Translations under genes and position numbers: made by a program
Part shown: positions 50,521 through 63,901 of the stretch, piece after piece
Position numbering within the stretch: position 1 is the first letter of the stretch
How the letters are laid out: the number at the start of each line of letters is the position of its first letter
NCBI GenBank assembly: GCA_043228905.1
Contig: JBHGNT010000006.1
Coordinates: forward strand, 14,508,001-14,572,000
Direction of reading: 5' to 3'
Length of the DNA: 64,000 bases
Source: Azolla caroliniana
Lineage: Eukaryota; Plantae; Polypodiophyta
The notes under the pieces: generated by a model
Seen by the model: only the letters and a program-made list of their open reading frames with translations
Database searches by the model: none
What the model was told of the DNA's origin: nothing

Positions 50521-52286
50521 TTCTATAATTTGAGAAATTTCAAATCGTCAAAGTGAATTAATCGTTTGTAATTACCTATAAATCTTCTCTAATGTAATTG
50601 TTGTAGAAGGAAGGTTCATGTCCTAAGAGATTAGAGAGGTTTTGTGGGTTTCTAGCTCTCCATTCATTAGGAATGTTTAACCACTAGGAAAAAAAATTCC
50701 TCACAATACCTATATTAAGTGCAATCCAATCATATTGTGAAATGCTCAAGATGTGAAATGCTCTCAAGAATAGCCCCCTTTTCATTATGTCTCAAGTTAC
50801 ATTTTATAGACTCTCTCTTAGCGTGGAGGGTGTTCTCCCGCTCCAATTAGCTCTACTAATTATGGGGCTTGGTGGGGGCCTAGTTTGGGTGTGGTGCATG
50901 AGGCTTGGTAGGGGCCTAATTTGGGTGTGGTCTATGTGTGGTGCATGGGGCTTGGTAGGGGGCTATTCTTGGTGTGGTCCATGTGACCACCACAATATGA
51001 ACAAGGAAAATGCCCCATTAGAAGCTTGATTTCTTATGGTCAAGGGGTCATATGATAACAAACACAAAGTTGACATGTTACATTTTCCACATCTAACATT
51101 AACAAAATTGTGTAGATCAATGTTTGAAGAGAAACATGCGCTTATTGAATTTGCAATTTGAATATTTGGAAATTACAATTAAAATTTCAAAAAACATGCT
51201 TTATGCATGTAAAAACCTTTACACCTAGAGATATAATCTAGGAGTTAATCAAGCAACAACACAAGAGATATTAGAGTAATAATGTCGGAGAAATTATAAC
51301 AACAATGAGGATGTGAACATAGTGATAGAGTAATTAGAGTGACTCTGGGGATTGCATTTTCTACATTGATGCAAAGAGAAACATTTTGGGAAAACAAGAT
51401 TCATGTAAAAAACCCTCAGCACGTAGTTTGGTTAAATGCACACATTTTCCTCGAGATCAAACTGCATATTTAATCAAATGTTTACTATATATAATTTAGA
51501 ATTCTCTCTCTCTCGCTCTCTAAGAAATCTTCAATGTATAAGGATAGAAATGCTCAAATGGAGGGGAAAGGAAGCACGTGCATAGATAAGTGATATATTT
51601 AATCGTGTATTATAACATGGCATGCCCTTAGGCTACAAATGATATTAAACATTTACAAAAGGTAGAGATGTAGATAATGTAAACAATTATTGAACCATAA
51701 TGGTTGGCTCATTAATGGCAAAACTATTTAGACATGTAATGGAATTAGAGGTAAGTGCAGGGGATAAACAAATCGTAACAGAGCTTATGGACAAAGAAGC
51801 TTTTGAAACCACATAGCATCATTAGTCTCATTGTCACCCTTCCAATATTAATGGAAAAAAGTTGCTTGTGAGGTAAAGGTTTATATTGTTGTTTTGTAGA
51901 CTTAAAGAAAGCTTTTGATATGGTATGTCGTGAGCATCCTTGGAGACACATGGAGGAATTGAGGGTGTCAAGTGAATATATGCTTGTAATGGTCCTAATT
52001 TATGAGAAGGCTATATATGTTGTATGTGTATGCCCGATCTCACTAACTATTGGACTATGCATTCATGAGTTAGAACAAATGATTGCTAATGTTGTAAAGG
52101 AAGAATAATGAGCCACTTGAATGTGTGAAAAGCTTCACATATCTTGGCCTCCAAATTCCTTCAAAACATAGACGGAATGAATGTGCTACCCACTACCTAG
52201 AGGCGGGAAAGAGAGCATATACATTTGAGAACACATGCAATCATGGTTCTTACTATCATAGAAAATAGACATATATGACACCATGG

Positions 52287-52357
52287 TGAAAGGTAGGGAT
52301 TGAACCCAAGACCTCTTGGTCTCCATTGGGCAACCCTACCAACTAAGCTACATCCAC
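52287..52357 (-). other. tRNA-like cassette with Pol III A and B boxes, antisense in chromovirus U3
   Basis: GTGGATG-TAGCTTAGTTGGTAGGGT...GAGGTCTTGGGTTCAATCCCTAC-CTTTCAC. Acceptor, D and T arms are plausible; the anticodon arm is not. Confidence 0.6.
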
Positions 52358-52664
52358 CTATACATCCTTATATAAAATCCAACTTCATGTACAGTAGATT
52401 GAACATTGGAAGTTCCTTGCTTGCATGCATCCTCATGCATTCTCTATTCCTAGCTTGCTTATATGCTTTCTCATTTCCTAACTTGCATACATGCATTCTC
52501 TATTCCTAGCTAACATACATACCTTTACCTTCTTGTACAAATACTCATGTGCACCTTGATTCTAAGTTCTTGTTCTTTTTCTCTCCCCTAGCTCTTAGTC
52601 TCGCTTGTTCCTATTCTATTATACTCGTCCGTGATATTTTGTTCACCTTCCTCATATTGCTACC

Positions 52665-55600
52665 ATGTCCGAATCCATTGACAACGTAAACCAAGTAGTG
52701 GCAACCTTGCAACAACTTCAACTCGAAAATGAAATTATTTGGGAATCATTATGGGAGCTTCAATCCATCACATCAAGAATCCCACCACCCGCGAAACCAC
52801 AACCACCGTTGGCACCTAGCCCAACCACTTCCTCTTCCCATCTATATGTCCTTGAACCCACCATCAGCCTACCCGACAAATTCAACGGCACAAGGACACA
52901 TCTTTGTGGCTTCATCAATCAAATTCGGTTGATCATCCGATTAAAGCCCCAACAGTATGCTAACTACTTTTCTCGGGTTGGCCTCATCGACACCATTCTC
53001 TCCGGGCCAGTGCAAGCATGGTTTGCACCCTTGGTCAAGACCTCATCCCCTCTCTTAGAAAACTTCACCGCTTTCCTTTCTAAGCTCAAAGCTACATTCG
53101 GCGAGACAGACCGGTGACAAACAGCACTCACGAAGCTCTATTCCTTCCAACAAGGCTCACATCCAACCTTCGTCTATGCTTCAGAGTTCCACCAGATTGC
53201 CTACGATGTCAGTTGGGATGACCAAGCCTTATGCGACCATTTTCGTCGTGGTCTCCGAAACAATGTCAAGACTCTTCTCTTGAACTTTTCGGAGCCCACA
53301 TCGTTGTCTCAAGTAATCTCCCAAGTTGTCCAATGTGATAATCGTTTATTCGAACTTCGTTAGGAAGAATGTCAAACTCGCAGATTTCAGTCTTCCTCCT
53401 AAAACTCATCAATAACCAAGCTCTATGTCTTAGTTTCGCCTCCCACTCCAACCTTACCATCACCCAATGATACTCATCCTACAATGGAAGTCGAATCCCA
53501 TACCCCGATGGAGATTGACCACGCTTAGTTCCCACCACTAACTGATGCCCAATGCCAACATCGTCGTTACAATGGCCATGTTTTGGTAACCCTGGCCATG
53601 TAATCCGTCACTGCCCGGTGGGGGGTCCATGACACCAATTCCACCATGCGCGACTTGTGGAGGTTCCTCGACAACAGGGAAAACGATCAAGTCCGGCTAC
53701 AGTAGGAGCCATGCCACTAGACGCTTCCCATTACCCACCTTCTTCATGCTCCTACAAGTCCGTTCCACCATTAGGAGAGTTTCCTTTGCAAGTAAATTTT
53801 TTTTTTGGGTCGACATCAATACACTCTCATGCTTTTGTTTACTCCTGAGCATCCACTTGTTTTATCGATATATCGTTTGTCCGCGCACATAATATCCCCA
53901 CCATCCGCACCTCACAACCCATATCTGTTGAAGCGATCAACGGTCGGGTTCTGTCTTCGGGGGTGGTTACAAAAGTCAACAATTCTCTTGATTTCGGTGG
54001 GGCCGATTCCAGCTTGGTCGCTACACTGGTCATTTTGTCACGAGACATCTCTGTTCCTGTCAACAATTTGCCTGCACGATATAACAACTTTTCGGATATA
54101 TTCAAGACGCGCAATGCAGATCGGTTACCGACACATCGCCCCTATGGTTGCCCAATCGAACTCCAAGTTGGCGAGCATCCACCATTTGGGCCGATCTATG
54201 GGCTATCGGAACCCGAACTTGAGGCTCTCTAGACATATCTAGCTGACAACCTCGCGAAGGGCTTCATTCAACCTTCCACGTCACCAACCGGGGGCCCAAT
54301 TTTATTTGTCAAGAAGAAGGACGGCTCATTATGCCTATGTGTGGATTATTGGGGTCTCAACAAAGTTATGGTGCATAATTGTTATCCCTTGCCCTTAATT
54401 CCAGCATTCGATCGACTATGAACCGGACGTATCTTCTCCAAAATCAACCTACGGGGAGCCTATAATCTAGTGCGCATCAAGCCTAGGGACGAGTGGAAAA
54501 CGGCTTTCCGGACGCGTTATGGGCATTTCGAGTACAAGGTGATGCCTTTCGGCCTTACCAATGCCCCAACAGTCTTTGAACACATGATGAACAATATATT
54601 TCGAGAGTACCTCAATCACTTCGTGGTAATCTACCTTGATGAGATCGTAGTTATTTCTTCCAACTTAGAGGAGCACACACAACACGTTCGACTGGTTCTA
54701 ACCAAACTTGGGGAATATGGGCTTTACGCCAAAAGTGAGATGTGCGAATTTGGTTGAACCTCTATCGAATTTCTGGCTTACATGATCTCACCCACCAGGA
54801 TCACAATGGATAAGCGCAAGTTAGTGGCAATCACTGATTGGCCTCTCCCGACTCCCTTGAAAGAGGTACAATAATTTCTTGGTTTCGCAAATTTCTATAG
54901 AAGATTTATAGATGGGTTTTCTTCCCTCATGCAACCTCTTATCCAACTTACTCGAAAAGATACTCCATTTCTTTAGACCCCCGTGGCACACAAGGCTTTT
55001 GAGACCCTCAAAGCAGCTTTTCTCTCAGCCCTACTTTTGGTTCACCTAGACACCAAGAGACCCTTCCAGGTTGAAACATATGCATCCGACTTCGCCATTG
55101 GCGCGGTTCTGTCCCAGCCAGATGACGATGGCACACTACATCCGATTGCCTTCTACTCCCAAAAGATTACAGCCCCAGAAATCAATTATCTAGTCTACGA
55201 CAAGGACCTTACATCTATCATCTCTACCTTCGCCGAATGGCGACCCTATCTTGTTGGGGCCCAACATCCTATCCAGGTGTTGACCGACCACAAGAATTTC
55301 ATCTACTTCACCACCAGTCATACATTGAATTGGAGGCAAGCTCGTTGGTCATATTTTCTCGTTGACTACGACTTCGAAATCTTGTTTTGACCCGGCGGTC
55401 AACATGGGAAAGCAAATGCCCTCTCTCGGCGAGCAGATTTTACGCTACACCTAGGTGACGACGTGTATTCTCAGCAATCACATTGTTTATTGCGGCATGA
55501 TCAACTCCAAATATTCGCAACCTACATGTTGCATGATGATTCCTTGCTCAACGAAATCGCCAATCATTCGCTACCGACATCTGGGGACGCATCAACGACC

Positions 55601-56914
55601 CATTCCAAGGACTGCAAAGCTCAGATCTCAATCACTTTTTAACTCAGGATGGGCTACTCTATCATAATCATCTCCTTCATGTACCATCTGGAGCATGTCG
55701 CACTCCAGTCCTACAAAATTGCCACGATGATCCTCTTGTCGGCCAATTTGGGGTCACGAAAACATTGGAGTTGCTCTCTTAGGGGTTTTGGTGGCTCTAA
55801 CCTTGGAAATTTGTCAAAGAATTTATCAAGATGTGTGACGTATGTGCCCACTCCACCCGTTCAACATCGTCCATATAGTCTTCTCCACCCGCTTCCGCTT
55901 CCCAGTCGACCCTGGGACTCTCTGTCGATGGACTTTATAACCAACCTCGCTCGCATCAGTGGCCATGACACAGTGCTAGTAATCGTCAATTTTCAAAGAT
56001 GGCTCACTTTGTCCCATGCTAAAAAACCATTTCACTGAGGAGATGGCGGATCGTTTTCTGAAAAATGTTGTTCGTCTACACGACTTACCCGCGGATGTCA
56101 CCTATGATCGAGGTCCTCAATTTATCTCCCACTTCTGGCGATGACTTCTACAAACATTTAGGACTTCTGTGAACTTCTGAAGTTCAAAACGAAAGAGTCA
56201 ACCAAATCCTCAAACAATACCTCCGGTGTATAATAATCTACCAACAAGAGGATTTGGTGGACTTCCTTGCCCTGGCGGAATTTGCCTACAATAATAGTAT
56301 CCATGCCTCCACTAAGGTTTCCCCATTCTTTGCAAAATATGGGTTCCACCCTCGTTTCAACATTTCCACTCCAAGGATTTCCGTCAATTTGTCGGCAAAG
56401 ATGTGTGCCAACACTTTACAAGATGTCCATCGTGACCTCTCTCGTGAGCTCCGTGTCACTGGCAAACAATATAAGGATCACGTTAACCGTCATTTCTTCG
56501 CTCCGCCGACCTTTGAAGTCAGTGACATGGTTTGGTGGCTATGCCGCCACATCACCACCACTCGTGCTTGCGCGAAGCTAGACGACAAAAAGCTAGGTCC
56601 CTTCCGTATCATCGAGCAAATCAACCCAATCACATTCTGGTTAGCATTTCCCACAGCTTTCCAAATTCATAATGTTTTCCACGTCTCTCTCCTTGACCTA
56701 TACCATCCTTCTTGAATTCTGGGACGACAACCTCCTCCACCACCACCTATGGAATTATCGAAAAGGGAGGAGTACGAGTTTGATCAGATCCTTGACTCCC
56801 GCTTGCAGCGACGATGACTTCAATATTTGGTCTTATGGAAAGATTACCCCATTTCGGATGCCATGTGGGAAACGGTTACACATTTACAAAGTGCTCCTGA
56901 AGCCATTCATGATT
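52665..56914 (+). pseudogene. Chromovirus gag-pol with a chromodomain
   Basis: Gag PDKFNGTR...LSGPVQAWF; RT DEWKTAFRTRYGHFEYKVMPFGLTNAP and IYLD; RH ASDFAIGAVLSQ; GPF...IHNVFHVSLL; chromodomain EEYEFDQILDSR...QYLVLWKDYPISDAMWE. Confidence 0.92.
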
Positions 56915-58074
56915 CCTTGATTCTAATCAAGGTGAACAACACCAGTTACAGAATCATAAGTCAAGTTCTTGTTCTTTTTCTCTCTCCTAGTTCTTAGTCT
57001 CGCTTGTCCCTACTCAATTATACTCGTCCGTGACACTTACAAATTTTTTCCAAGTCAAAAATCACTTTCCTACTTCTTAAGACGGGATCACTTCCCATTG
57101 AGATCATGGCCATGAAAATTAAAGGCTTTTGACTACATTGTTAAGGTTCCTAAAAGTCCCTTGCATCGACTTCCAAGACTTGCATGGGAAGCAAGCAAAA
57201 TGATCCAAACAACACACATAAGCGAAATTCTATGTTTTGACTGAATCCAAGATATGAAAAAATTGTTTGGAAGATGGGAACCAAGACTCTTCTTGATGTA
57301 TATGTAGAATCCTCTATGAATGATACCTTTTTGCAATTCGAATGTATGATGACTTGGGAAAAATGTGGAGGCACATTGTTTATGCATTAAACTACATAGG
57401 TTGCACCTAACTACAAAACCATGTTTTTCATCAAACAAAGAAACCGAAAATGTGTAATCATGCTAGAGCCCATCGTGTTTTCTATATCTAAAACCATTTC
57501 TTCCATGCGATTGACCTCACACTCACTACAATGTGAGACAAGGAATTGGGGCACATGTTATGTGAGTAGTTGACTATACACACTTTCCCTTAGAATGGTT
57601 GGGATTCTAAGTATCACAATTTGATACAATGCTCTTCCTTCAATCACATTTGACTATGCTTTCCACGCATCTTTGACCAATGCCAATGCTTGTATGAATT
57701 TCCCTCAAAGTCACAATGTGCACAATTGATTACCAATCAACATTAGTTAAATTGCAAAACCGTAACTAAAAAAAATTAATAACCTAACAATTTAAATGGT
57801 TCTTGAAAGAGCGATGATAGAAAGAAGAGATAAAGAAGATATATAAATTCAAAACTACAAAGATCTATTGATAATGAATGATCATGATGGAAGGAAGAGA
57901 GAAAGAAGATACATAAATCCAAATCTACAAAGATATATTGATAGCAACTCAACCACACTACATGAATGGGAAAGAAAACACCACAAGAAATAGACTAAGA
58001 ACAAAACCCCCCACAACCTTATTCTTCTTGTTTTATATAAAGGTCTCCTCTACTAGATAACTTCCCCTTGCCTT

Positions 58075-59050
58075 CTTTTGCACGCTTCTTTTTGAAGTTT
58101 TTCATCTCCTATTTTTAGCTATGACACAATGACCTTCTTTCCGTTATTTCTCTCTCATCAGAGCTCCAAATTTAGAGATCTAACCCATATTTGCACATTA
58201 TATTTGGGTCTCAAACGAAAGCGTTATGAGCATTCGTTTCAGACTATGTTTTGGTGGCCCACTTTTTTTTCTTTTACTTTTCTCCATGTTTCTTGCTTTT
58301 AGTTTGACTTATCCTCAAGATCTTGGTTCGTGTTCTTGCCCTCCGGATGTGAATGCTCCATACCGTATATTCTTCTAATGTTCAATAGCTTGAATTCTAA
58401 AAACACTTTCACATTTAGCCCTCCCCCTTGCTTCTTGGTGAACCCTAAGCTACTAATAAAACAAAAGATTCTCCTTCACCTTATTCATGGCTATAGACAA
58501 AGAAGGAGAGAATAAATAGAAAAGAAACAAATTATGTGAGTAAAACCCTTGCTAGTGAGTAGGAAATACCTCACATAATTTGTTACTTTCTATTTATTCT
58601 CTCCTTCTTTGTCTATAGCCATGAATAAGGCGAAGGAGAATCTTTTGTTTTATTAGTAGCTTAGGGTTCACCAAGAAGCAAGGGGGAGGGCTAAATGTGA
58701 AAGTGTTTTTAGAATTCAAGCTATTGAACACTAGAAGAATATAAGGTATGGAGCATTCACATTTGGAGGGCAAGAACATGAACCAAGATCTTGAGGATAA
58801 GTCAAACTAAAAGCAAAAAACATGGAGAAAAGTCAAAAAAGAAAAAAGTGGGCACCAAAACACGGTCTGAAACGAATGCTCATAACTCTTTCGTTTCTAA
58901 CCGAAATATCATGTTCAAATATAAAGAGAGTTATCTGTAGCTTTTTATATCTCTAAATTTGGAGCTCGGATGAGGGAGATATGATGCTGAGAAAGTCATT
59001 GTGCTAAAAATTGGAGATGAAAAACTTCTATAAAGAGCATGAAGAAGAGT
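58075..59050. repeat. Long inverted repeat (~470-bp arms, ~26-bp spacer centred near 58554)
   Basis: Mirror ORFs 58330-58515(+) and 58594-58779(-) are near-identical; similarity decays outward. Confidence 0.9.
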
Positions 59051-59439
59051 CTTCGTAGGAGGGAGAAGAAGATAAGAAGTGAGAAGACGAGGTCTACAAA
59101 GAGAAAGAAAGTGGGGAGAAGGAAGCATAGTCGAAAGAGGAAAGAGATTAAGGTAGAATAGTGAAAGAAATTTGTGGGTTTGAGTGATTGGAAGTCAAGA
59201 AGTTCTTTGTTTTTTTTGTTGAATTTGGAGTTTATCCCATTTGTATTATCTCAATAGTAGAATATTATAGCATTCTTATCTCTTTCTCGTCTTCTCTCTC
59301 TTTTCTCTTAATTTCTTGAGTATCTCTCCTTAATTTGTAGCCACCTTGGTCTCTATAATTTATTATAATTCACAAGTCTCTCTAATTGGTTTGGTCAAGC
59401 CCTCATATTGTGTACGACTATCATTTGTCTCATACACTC

Positions 59440-61990
59440 TATCAGCTACATGCACATAAGCTAGGCAACCAAATACCCTCAGATGCCGGTATGACACCTC
59501 TTTGCCGGACCATGCCCTTTGTGGTATGTCACCTTCCAGTGGTACTGAGGGAGACCTATTTATAATATAGACGACTGTCATAATTACCTCGGGCCAATAT
59601 ATCTTCTGCAACTGCACATGTGCCAGCACACATCAGACTCATTCCATCCTTTCGGCCAGCCCGTTTAGGCTTGGTGTCTTCGACACTGTATACTCTAGCC
59701 GAATACCTTGAGATCATTAGTACTCCTTGAACTTCCCTCTGTACTCTCCTAAGTTGTCTATCCATACAACTTTCAGCTTCTATCCGGATTCCCTTTCAGT
59801 CCTAAAAACACTCAGTACCTGATCCTTCGTCTTCAACACATAAGCCCACAACTTCCGGTTGTAATCATCAATGAAGGTTATGAAGTATTGTCCACCAAAA
59901 TGAGATCTTACATCTACATAGCATACATAAGTGTGTACTAGTTCAAAAATAGTTTTCCTCCGGATCGGAGGCCTTGGTCAAAAGATGGCCCTATTTTGTT
60001 TGTTGGCTAGGAAGTCAACACATTTGTCTAGATGCATGTTTTCTATCTCCAGCTAGCATCTTGATGTTGTTTTGACTCAAGTCGCACAACCTCTTATCCC
60101 ACAACTTGCTGGCTATGAGATCGGCCACATTTACGTCGTTCCGGCTCAACCATGCATGCAATACATACAATGTATTTTGCTTCTTGGCCCAAGCCACGAT
60201 GAGGTTCCCTCTTTAGAATTTCCAACTTCCTTTTCGGAAACTACCACAATAGCCTTCTTCATCGAGTCATCTGGCTGATATAAGATTCAGTATAATATCT
60301 GATACATGGCGTATGTCCTTGAGTACCATTCTGCAACCTGACGATGTTCGCAAACATACATTGCCGATTCCCACAATCCTGCATGCATTTTCATTTCCCA
60401 TCTTTGCGTAGTCGTAACCGCCAGGCGGTAGGATGAGAATCTCTCTCTGTTGGGGGTCAGATGAAACGACGCATCGGAATCGTTCACCCATGTTGATTCT
60501 TCGTTGGCGAGGTTTACATCATTCTGTTCACAGATGAATAGTAGCTCCTCCTCACTCGCGGCGATGGCTAGGTGGTCTCGTTGTCTGAAATATTTTTCGG
60601 ATTGCCATCATCAACTCCCCCTTTGTCCTTCTGATAATGCTGACAACTCTTCTAGAAGTGACTTGACTTCCCATAGTAGAAGCACGTGAGCCTTCCGTTT
60701 GACTTCGACCTTGATCTAGACCTTTCCCTATTCTGCGAACTTCTTTGCCTGCCCCTTCCTCTACTAGAGTTACCTTCTGTGACTAGGGGCTTAGGGTTAG
60801 AGGTGGACTCGCTATCCTTTCGACGCGCTTCTTCATTCAGCAAGTTTGACCTCACCATCTCTAGGGACACTTGTTTCCCTTGTGGTCGCTTGTTATCCAA
60901 GGTTATCACGAGTGTCTCCCAACTGTCTGGAAGGGATCTCAATAGCAGCAATGCTAGTACCTCGTCGGTCAAGGGTACTTCTAGAGAGGTGGTCTGGTTT
61001 ATCAATCCTCGGAAGGCATTCAAAGGCTCAGCCATGCTTGAGCCATCCTGATATCTCAGTGTCATGATCTTCTTGAAGACAGAGACTTTGTCTACGACAT
61101 TCTTGTTCTTGAACGTGAACCCGATCTTCTTCCATAGGACATCGGCTTTGGTCTCTTCATTGAAGTTTTTGTATAGAATCATGTCTATAAAACACCTTAT
61201 GTATGTCATTGTCTTCAGATGCATAACTTCCCACGTTGATGCATCGATCTTGTCTAGTTTCTCATCGCCATACTGCATCGGTAGCCATAGAACTTTGCAA
61301 ACAAGCATATCTCTCATCCTGCCAAGAGATTCATCCATCACTCTGGTACCAGTTTGTTGAAAATGAGGCCGGCCACAACCGGTTCACAAGTACAAATGAG
61401 AGAAGACAATAGCCAAAACTACAAACAGAACACAAACAAGGCACAAACAACGAGACAATATATTATTGTGGAAAAAGGGAAAAACCGCGGGAGCCCACAA
61501 ACTCCAAATAGAATCACTATATGAAGAGGGGGGTACAAGAAACTCTAAGGCAACAACCTTGAGCTCGACTTTATCTTACAGACGACTACAACTCTCACAC
61601 TCTGCACACTTAATCAACTCGGTACATGCATCTGATTACACACAGATAATCTCACTACACTACTTTTATCACTTTTTGCCCTAGCTATATTTATACCCAT
61701 ATACATATATAACTATTTACAAATATAGCCCTTAATAGCACATTAAGGCTATCTACAAATATAGGCTTGAGTCGGTTTCGGCCTCAACCGCATTGGTAAT
61801 CAGTTGATTTTAACTGATTCGGCTTATCTCTCGGTAGTCAGTGCTTAGTTCGCTCCTAGCGATCTGACTCCTTGTACAATATCCAAATTCTGATTCGAAC
61901 AAGCTGGCTATCATCCGTCTCTTTAGTCGATCGGCTTTAGGCTGATCCGGCTGGCTCTCCATCCCATTCGAAGGGATTGGATTCTCAACA
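59440..61990 (-). mobile_element. 3'-truncated Tnt1/Tork-like Copia D, an older relative of Copia C
   Basis: 5' LTR 61355-61990. PBS ctctggtacca at 61341-61351. Gag ORF 60652-61341 is homologous to Copia C. Integrase ends at HLRVFGCLAYVHVA. Confidence 0.88.
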
Positions 61991-62053
61991 CCTTCAAATA
62001 TCTATCTTGGTCTGGTTTATTTCTATTATTATTTTCTTGACACTTCTTACTCT

Positions 62054-62533
62054 CATTCATTCTTGCATTGTCTTTATCCTTCTCTCAGGCAAACAATGGC
62101 ATAGGCTCGAAGCTTTGGTAATGATATTAATGTTATCAACCAAACTGTTCATTCATTCTTGCATTGTCTTTATCCTTCTCTCAGGCAAACAATGGCATAG
62201 GCTCGAAGCTTCGGTAATGATATTCATGTTATCAACCAAACTGTTCATTCATTCTTGCATTGTCTTTATCCTTCTCTTAGGCAAACAATGGCATAGGCTC
62301 GAAGCTTCGGTAATGATATTCATGTTATCAACCAAACTGTTCATTCATTCTTGCATTGTCTTTATCCTTCTCTTAGGAAAACAATGGCATAGGCCCGAAG
62401 CTTCAGTAATGATATTCATGTTATCAACCAAACTGTTCATTCATTCTTGCATTGTCTTTATCCTTTTCTCAAGCAAACAATGGCATAGGCCCGAAGCTTC
62501 GGTAATGATATTCATGTTATCAACCAAACCGTT
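62054..62533. repeat. 96-bp tandem repeat, five copies
   Basis: Unit cattcattcttgcattgtc...tcaaccaaactgtt, with copies starting at 62054, 62150 and so on. Confidence 0.95.
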
Positions 62534-62569
62534 CCAGCTTTCCAACACCCAAGTCTAAAGTTCTAATAG

Positions 62570-63901
62570 TGTAGCATTGTAAAAGATAATGTGCGGAAGC
62601 TAAGACAAAACTGGCTAGTCTGGATAACAGCAGAACACAAAACGAAGGTTTAATGGAAAGCTTGAATACATGGGAGAGACAGAGAGAGCAGAACAATAAA
62701 ACTCAATTCAAAATAACAACACTATATATTTACAAATGTCCTATAATAACCAAGATCATTAATCCTACAATGAATACATAAGTGACACAATCATACTGAA
62801 GATACGCGTTACCACCCATCCCCCCTGCGCTAGAGTCGACAACACAAACGAGGAATCTTGATTTGTCCCATACCAGCCAGGATCTCCTGTTAGGACCTTG
62901 GTAGATGACTAGTCCACATCAAAGAAAGCTTCGTCAGACCACTCATGGGGCTCCCCCCGACTAAGGAGAGTATCCCCTATTTATAGGACCTCGGCCATGT
63001 AATGAAATCTACCTGACCAATCATGTGTGGGGTACCCAATGACACACATTATGTCAGTCCAATAAAGTCGACGACTCAGATATTACAGTATGATAGCCCC
63101 CAAATAAGCATGTCTAAACCAATGAACATTACATACTGCCCCTCGCCGTTTAATTGCAGTCTTGCAATGGGAAGTTAGGAAAATGTTTGCATAATGTCTC
63201 TTTAGTTTCCCACGTGTTGTCTTCTACCAATCTATCCTTCCACTTAACCGTTTAGCGATGAACAACCTTCAAACTTAGGTTTCTTGACCTATGGTCGAGG
63301 ATTTTCTCAAGTTCATGTGGAGAAAAATGATCATCCTCCAATGTCGATAAATTAGACGGTGATACAACATTATCATTATAACCAATTGCCTCCTTTAATC
63401 GACTCATGCAGAATACGGGATGAACCATAACATTAGAGGGCAAATCCAAACGATAAGCATTGGGACCTATATGTTTTAAAACTTTATATGGTCCACAATA
63501 CCGTGGGGCTAATTTTGCAAGGTCTTGTTCTCATTATTTCTGAGTCCTTTGGAACCCGTAGAAAAACTTGTTGGCCTACATGGAATTCCCTTGGGTTTTT
63601 ATCATGATTTACATAAAAGACATTTCTGTCCTATGCCATCCTAAGGTTTTCTTCTGCTAATTTACGTGCTTCAAGCATATCAGAGAGAAAATTCTTTGTA
63701 CTATCCAAAGTATGCGAATCGAAACATCAATAGGAGGACGTGGCGTATAACCATACAGCAACATGAACGGGTATTTTGTTGATGTATGCTTAGCACTACT
63801 GTAGGAAAATTCCACCATAGCAAGGTAAGTCTACCATAATGACGGTTTTTGCACTACATGTTCTCTCAACATATCCTCTAATATCTTATTCACTCTGTCA
63901 G
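62570..63901 (-). mobile_element. 3' end of a second chromovirus (integrase GPY/F, chromodomain, PPT, 3' LTR)
   Basis: KLAPRYCGPYKVL...AYRLDLPSNVMVHPVFCMSRLK; EKILDHR...VKWKDRLVEDNTWE; PPT ggcgaggggcagta; probable LTR 62570-63133. Confidence 0.82.

Larger units (their letters stand above)
52254..57035 (+). mobile_element. Degenerate Tcn1/Tf1/sushi-type chromovirus (Ty3/gypsy)
   Basis: TSD CTTAC. 5' LTR 52254-52636. 3' LTR remnant ~56915-57035 ending tccgtgaca. Non-tRNA PBS ttgttcacctt at 52639-52649. Confidence 0.9.
51745..57700 (+). mobile_element. LINE (non-LTR) RT relic split by the chromovirus (51745-52253 and 57041 to ~57700)
   Basis: GLYCCFVDLKKAFDMVCREH; CPISLTIGLCIHELEQ; ECVKSFTYLGLQI; after the TSD, TGSLPIEIMAM and HRLPRLAWEAS. 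Confidence 0.75.

Noticed and set aside
50520-51740. Possible host gene or promoter
   Set aside because: AT-rich sequence with only short degenerate G-rich repeats and no supportable ORF or splice pattern.
52284-52357. Functional tRNA gene ending in CCA
   Set aside because: The anticodon stem does not pair and the CCA overlaps the acceptor stem; kept only as a tRNA-like cassette.
58330-58779. Convergent pair of 61-aa genes
   Set aside because: They are mirror images produced by the inverted repeat, with no coding evidence.
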